From IMG/VR virus record IMGVR_UViG_2061766007_000275: a stretch of DNA of 33,741 bases; one strand, written 5' to 3'. Positions 30,201 to 33,741 of this stretch are shown piece by piece. The stretch is from an uncultured virus (IMG/VR IMGVR_UViG_2061766007_000275). Its lineage: Duplodnaviria; Heunggongvirae; Uroviricota; Caudoviricetes. Every line of letters starts with the position of its first letter. The first letter of the stretch is position 1. The notes under the pieces were generated by a model that saw only the letters and a list, made by a program, of their open reading frames with translations, had not been told where the DNA came from and did no database searches. A program made the translations under genes and the position numbers.

Positions 30201-30503
30201 TTATAATGTAAGCATCTGTTTTACCCAAGCCGCCTTATCAACATACTGTCTATGCTCAGCATCCCATTTATCTAACATATCTGCGGGAGGCTTAACACCA
30301 GCCGCCTGTATCTTTTTAATTTCTTCTATTACATAATCATGTAAATATCCGGCATGCTTAAGTTCATCATTTGCCATTTCTTTATATTTTGAAGCCATTG
30401 AAGTTTCTCCACTGACCTTTTTATCTATATAATTTTCTGCATAATGCTGAGCATCACATAATTCTTCTGTTATATGCTCAGCCAATTCTTTTATTTTTTT
30501 CAT
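30201..30503 (-). CDS. Small ferritin-like helical protein (100 aa)
   Basis: EELCDAQHY...MANDELKHAGYL contains an ExxH half-site typical of ferritin/rubrerythrin-like helical pairs. RBS AAGGAG. Confidence 0.6.
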   Translation of the reverse strand: MKKIKELAEHITEELCDAQHYAENYIDKKVSGETSMASKYKEMANDELKHAGYLHDYVIEEIKKIQAAGVKPPADMLDKWDAEHRQYVDKAAWVKQMLTL

Positions 30504-30528
30504 ATATGTTAATTCTCCTTCTTTTATA

Positions 30529-30570
30529 AAAAATAAAGCCCCTTATAGTAAAAAACAACTATAAGGGGCT
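30529..30570 (-). terminator. Intrinsic terminator
   Basis: AGCCCCTTATAGT / ACTATAAGGGGCT 13-bp stem then TTATTTTTT. Confidence 0.8.
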
Positions 30571-30601
30571 GAAAATCCTAGTTTAAAATCTATAACTTAA
30601 A

Positions 30602-31024
30602 TCAGATCTTTATTGCTTGTGTAACAACAGTAATTGCAGTTCCTGCTCCTGTAGTCGCTACAAGAGTAATAGAATCTGGAATTTGTTCACAAGGACAACC
30701 TCCATTATAATTTTCTTTTACTATAATTGATGGTAATGTTATTGTCATAGGAACAGTTGTTGAAGCAGCATTTGTTGTTGCGGAAGCTCCTGGGATTAAT
30801 ACACCATTTCTATATAATGATAAAGTTACCTGGCCTGCTTCGCTAGGAAGTATAGTTGCTGAAACTGATATACTATAATATCCTGCGCCTATAATACTTA
30901 ACGCATTACCGTTTATACCAAGATTAGGTCCAAATCTATAAATAATATTACCTAAACTAATATCTCCATTCTCTATAAAAGCCTGAGAAGTATTATTCAA
31001 TATTTGTATAGCCGACTTGCTCAT
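30602..31024 (-). CDS. Beta-rich protein, possible BclA-C/C1q-like jelly roll (140 aa; start revised)
   Basis: AAGGAGG at 31037-31031 precedes ATG 31027/31024. Pattern I.GAGYYSISVS...V.LSL..NGV.IPGA. Confidence 0.55.
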   Translation of the reverse strand: MSKSAIQILNNTSQAFIENGDISLGNIIYRFGPNLGINGNALSIIGAGYYSISVSATILPSEAGQVTLSLYRNGVLIPGASATTNAASTTVPMTITLPSIIVKENYNGGCPCEQIPDSITLVATTGAGTAITVVTQAIKI

Positions 31025-31035
31025 CATAAACCTCC

Positions 31036-31695
31036 TTAGTTCATTCCACAACCGCATCCACCACAAAATGGATTAACTCCACTTGAATAAGTTGATGCCA
31101 TAGGATATCTTACTACACCTGATACAGCTTGATTTAATTCAAGAGCACTTACTTTATCACGCAAAGCCTAGATTGTATTAGCATCCATCTTAGCTGCTAA
31201 GCGCTGCTCGACTCCCGCAATCTGCATAGCAGTTTCATATTTGCTATTAGCAATCTGTGCTGCAATTTCTGCGGAGGTACCCTGAACTAACTGTTTAACA
31301 TCACAACAACAATTCTGCATATTTCCACTTAAGGCGGTAAGCGCTGTTTCTACTGTACCAAATTCTCTTATAAGAGAAGCATTACCATCCTTAATTGCGT
31401 TAATAGCATTTGCAGCATTAGCTGTACTAGCTGCTATTGTCTGTGCTGTTCCATTAGTTACTGCACTAAGAATATCTCTTGTTTGAGCCTGAAGGTTTTG
31501 ATTATCAAAGCCTCTGTTCACGTCCGCTTGAATGGCATTAGTATTAGAGTTATTGCCTCCAAAGTTACCAAAGTTACCTCCAGCTAAGATAAGTAAAGCA
31601 AAAATCCAAAATGCTCCACCCATACCATTCATGCAATTTCCGCCGTTATTACCCAATAAAGCAATGTCTGACGCTGTGAGTCCATTATTTTCCAT
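31036..31695 (-). CDS. Gly/Asn/Cys-rich protein with an in-frame TAG at 31170-31168 (219 aa if read through, 175 aa if not)
   Basis: After TAG the frame continues ALRDKVSALELNQAVSGVVRYPMASTYSSGVNPFCGGCGCGMN-TAA. That TAA overlaps the next RBS. Confidence 0.7.
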
Positions 31696-31802
31696 AATGA
31701 ATTCTCCTTTCTTCTAATAAATTTTTTTAGTCAGCGGCTATCTCCTTATAGATAGTCGGTGAAAGATATTTTAATTCTTGCAAGAAATTAAAAACGCAAA
31801 AA

Positions 31803-32063
31803 TTAAAGTCCCATTGTTTTGGCAAGACTAGCTAAATCATTAAGATTAACACCTAAAGACTCCATACTTAATCTTGCGGCTTGCTCATAATTTCCGCCAC
31901 ATTGATCAAGCACTTCTAAAACTTGTTTTCCATTAGGTAAATTAGCTAATTGTTGTCGTAATATGGTATCAGTATTTGATGCGGACTGGACTGCTTTGTA
32001 CGCTTCCATTATTGGACTGCGCATTACTTGCTGTCCCATTATCTGGTTTACCAGTGCATTCAT
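31803..32063 (-). CDS. Hypothetical protein (86 aa)
   Basis: RBS AGGAGG; Gln/Met-rich and helical. Confidence 0.7.
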   Translation of the reverse strand: MNALVNQIMGQQVMRSPIMEAYKAVQSASNTDTILRQQLANLPNGKQVLEVLDQCGGNYEQAARLSMESLGVNLNDLASLAKTMGL

Positions 32064-32388
32064 TTTCTTTACCTCCTAAAAGTTCTGTTAGAGTTTCTGC
32101 TAACATAGATTTTAATTCATCCTTTGTTACATAATTCTCCATATTAGGCGGTGCATTGCTAAAGAATTTATTGGTTACATCTTTAGCTTCATACGCCAAC
32201 AATGATTTTGTCATGCCATATTCATTGGAACTTTTTAAATAAAAGATCACATTTGGTGAACTTCTATCAATGAATACTGCTGTCTGATTTGGTTGCATTT
32301 CCACTTGCTTAACAGCTTCTGGACCATCAACCAAATTGACTCCAAAAATTACATTTTGTCTTTGTAATGTATTTGGATAAGCTATCAT
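31969..32388 (-). CDS. Hypothetical protein (139 aa)
   Basis: RBS AAAGGAG; first gene of the small-gene cassette; its 3' end overlaps the next gene by 95 nt. Confidence 0.7.
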   Translation of the reverse strand: MIAYPNTLQRQNVIFGVNLVDGPEAVKQVEMQPNQTAVFIDRSSPNVIFYLKSSNEYGMTKSLLAYEAKDVTNKFFSNAPPNMENYVTKDELKSMLAETLTELLGGKENECTGKPDNGTASNAQSNNGSVQSSPVRIKY

Positions 32389-32407
32389 ATTTTTATTTTC
32401 TCCTTTA

Positions 32408-32453
32408 CTATATATTTTAAAAATTAATTAAAAGACTTTTAATTGAATTGTCC
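32408..32453 (-). promoter_or_regulatory. GGACAA...ATAG putative late promoter (upstream of the small-gene cassette)
   Basis: GGACAATTCAATTAAAAGTCTTTTAATTAATTTTTAAAATATATAG. Confidence 0.55.
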
Positions 32454-32515
32454 AAAAATTCTTTTAACCAATTTTTAATTTTTAATTTTTTTTCTTAACT
32501 CATCTTACATAAATA

Positions 32516-32544
32516 ATTATATCAAAAATTTTTTAAATTGTCAA
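32516..32544 (-). promoter_or_regulatory. Perfect-consensus sigmaA promoter TTGACA-17-TATAAT with extended -10
   Basis: -35 at 32544-32539, -10 at 32521-32516. Confidence 0.8.
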
Positions 32545-32550
32545 AAAATT

Positions 32551-33585
32551 TTATAAATTATTTAAAGTAGTTAATGGTAAATTAGTTCTTATTCCATTCT
32601 CATCAAAATATTGTTCTAATATATTATCTGTTGAAATATCAGTATATGTATCAACCATATTAGTAGATGACCAGCCAATAATTTCTTTTATTACATTTGG
32701 AGGAATATTCTTTTTTACATATTGAGTAGTTGCATAATGTCTTATACTATGCCAATAAAAATCTTTGCCAAGAAATTTAGTAAAATATTCTGCCCAACCA
32801 TCAAGAGTATCAGTTAAAATAGGTTCGTCAAGATTGGTTGTTTTAGGAAAAAGCCATATACTTTCTATTCCTTTTTCTTTTCTTTCATCCATCCATAATT
32901 TTAAATATGGATCAAATTCATTTTTAAGGATATATAGTTCTATCATTTTTCCTTTTGTTGTTGCACCTTTTGTTTTTACTTTTTCAGGTGTTTTATATAG
33001 TGAACCAAATAATACATTTTTTTCATCAAAATAAGATACTTTAAATCTAGGTAATTCTGCTTTTCTTCTTGCAGAACACATAGCTAAACTTAATGCACAT
33101 GCTTGCTTATATTTTTTCTGTGATACTAAATGGTCTAATAATTTTTGCAATTCTTCTGTTTCAAAAACTGTTTTTTCTCTAACTAATGTTAAAGGTGGTG
33201 ATTCTATTTTTCTAATAATAGAATGATAATCTTCAAATTCCTCTTCTTCATCTAAAATATTTTCAATAAAATTAGATAAAGAAGATATTACTGATTTAAC
33301 TCTTCTTAACCGATTTGGACTCCATTCCCATTCTGTTAAAGCTTTCCCTTGAAATTTTGTCAATTCTCTTTTAGTAATTTTAATAAAGGGTTTATTATTA
33401 TTATCCGTAACATTCCAACAAAAAAATATGTTTAAATCATTTTTATATTGAGCTATTGTTGTTTTAGCCCTATCTATTGATGTTAAATAATCTAAAAATG
33501 AAGAAATTAAAAATTTATTTTGTTCATTAAATTGCGCTATTAATTCTGGACTAGATATGTGATTTACTTTAGTTTTTCTTGCCAT
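32551..33585 (-). CDS. Tyrosine recombinase/integrase family protein (344 aa)
   Basis: SAM-like N-domain (AKTTIAQYKNDL); catalytic R (ARRKAEL), K (KTKG), HSIR, W (IIGW) and Y (VDTY). Confidence 0.9.
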   Translation of the reverse strand: MARKTKVNHISSPELIAQFNEQNKFLISSFLDYLTSIDRAKTTIAQYKNDLNIFFCWNVTDNNNKPFIKITKRELTKFQGKALTEWEWSPNRLRRVKSVISSLSNFIENILDEEEEFEDYHSIIRKIESPPLTLVREKTVFETEELQKLLDHLVSQKKYKQACALSLAMCSARRKAELPRFKVSYFDEKNVLFGSLYKTPEKVKTKGATTKGKMIELYILKNEFDPYLKLWMDERKEKGIESIWLFPKTTNLDEPILTDTLDGWAEYFTKFLGKDFYWHSIRHYATTQYVKKNIPPNVIKEIIGWSSTNMVDTYTDISTDNILEQYFDENGIRTNLPLTTLNNL

Positions 33586-33608
33586 AATATTATCTCCTTT
33601 TTTCTTTT

Positions 33609-33637
33609 ATTATAGCAAAAATTTTTTAAAAAGTCAA
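33609..33637 (-). promoter_or_regulatory. sigmaA promoter TTGACT-17-TATAAT with extended -10
   Basis: -35 at 33637-33632, -10 at 33614-33609; upstream of the recombinase. Confidence 0.8.
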
Positions 33638-33656
33638 CCCACAAGTATTTAATAAT

Positions 33657-33695
33657 AAAAATAAAGATGCGACATTAGGTACCTAATGCCGCATT
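33657..33695 (-). terminator. Intrinsic terminator of the gene upstream of the window
   Basis: AATGCGGCATTAGG-TA-CCTAATGTCGCATC then TTTATTTTT. A frame IFKGVGGTGTTIRRGNAALGT ends with TAA (33677-33675) inside it. Confidence 0.65.
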
Positions 33696-33741
33696 TCCTC
33701 TTCTAATAGTTGTACCAGTTCCGCCAACACCCTTAAATATA

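Noticed and set aside
2356..33034. All short plus-strand ORFs in the track
   Set aside because: They are antisense shadows of long minus-strand genes, with no convincing RBS or protein motifs.
1..33741. tRNA, rRNA, CRISPR array, DGR/reverse transcriptase, lysis genes; wholesale genetic code 15
   Set aside because: None was recognisable. Intergenic gaps are short and accounted for. Only one in-frame TAG was found in about 10,000 codons, so full recoding cannot be claimed.

Overview
The window is an AT-rich (roughly 30% GC by eye) segment of a large siphovirus-type phage or prophage, probably of a Bacillota host. All credible genes are on the minus strand. In transcription order (right to left) it contains: a tyrosine recombinase; a 5-gene cassette of small proteins, one with an in-frame TAG; two small paralogous genes; a GT2 glycosyltransferase split by a 945-nt group I intron carrying a GIY-YIG homing endonuclease that the ORF track only half-calls; two Zn-finger proteins; TerL; a small PD-(D/E)xK nuclease; the portal (broken by a scaffold gap); prohead protease/scaffold; decoration protein; major capsid; neck genes; tail tube; a 574-aa unknown; a 2944-aa tape measure; and a partial tail gene. 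The head-tail order resembles SPbeta-like large siphophages. Non-coding signals include five near-consensus sigmaA promoters with a shared spacer, four copies of a fixed-length GGACAA...ATAG promoter-like motif, and several intrinsic terminators. The pentamer TGCGG/CCGCA is strongly over-represented on both strands (about 70 copies by hand count, about 12 expected). Product calls rest on motifs and synteny only; no database searches were run.
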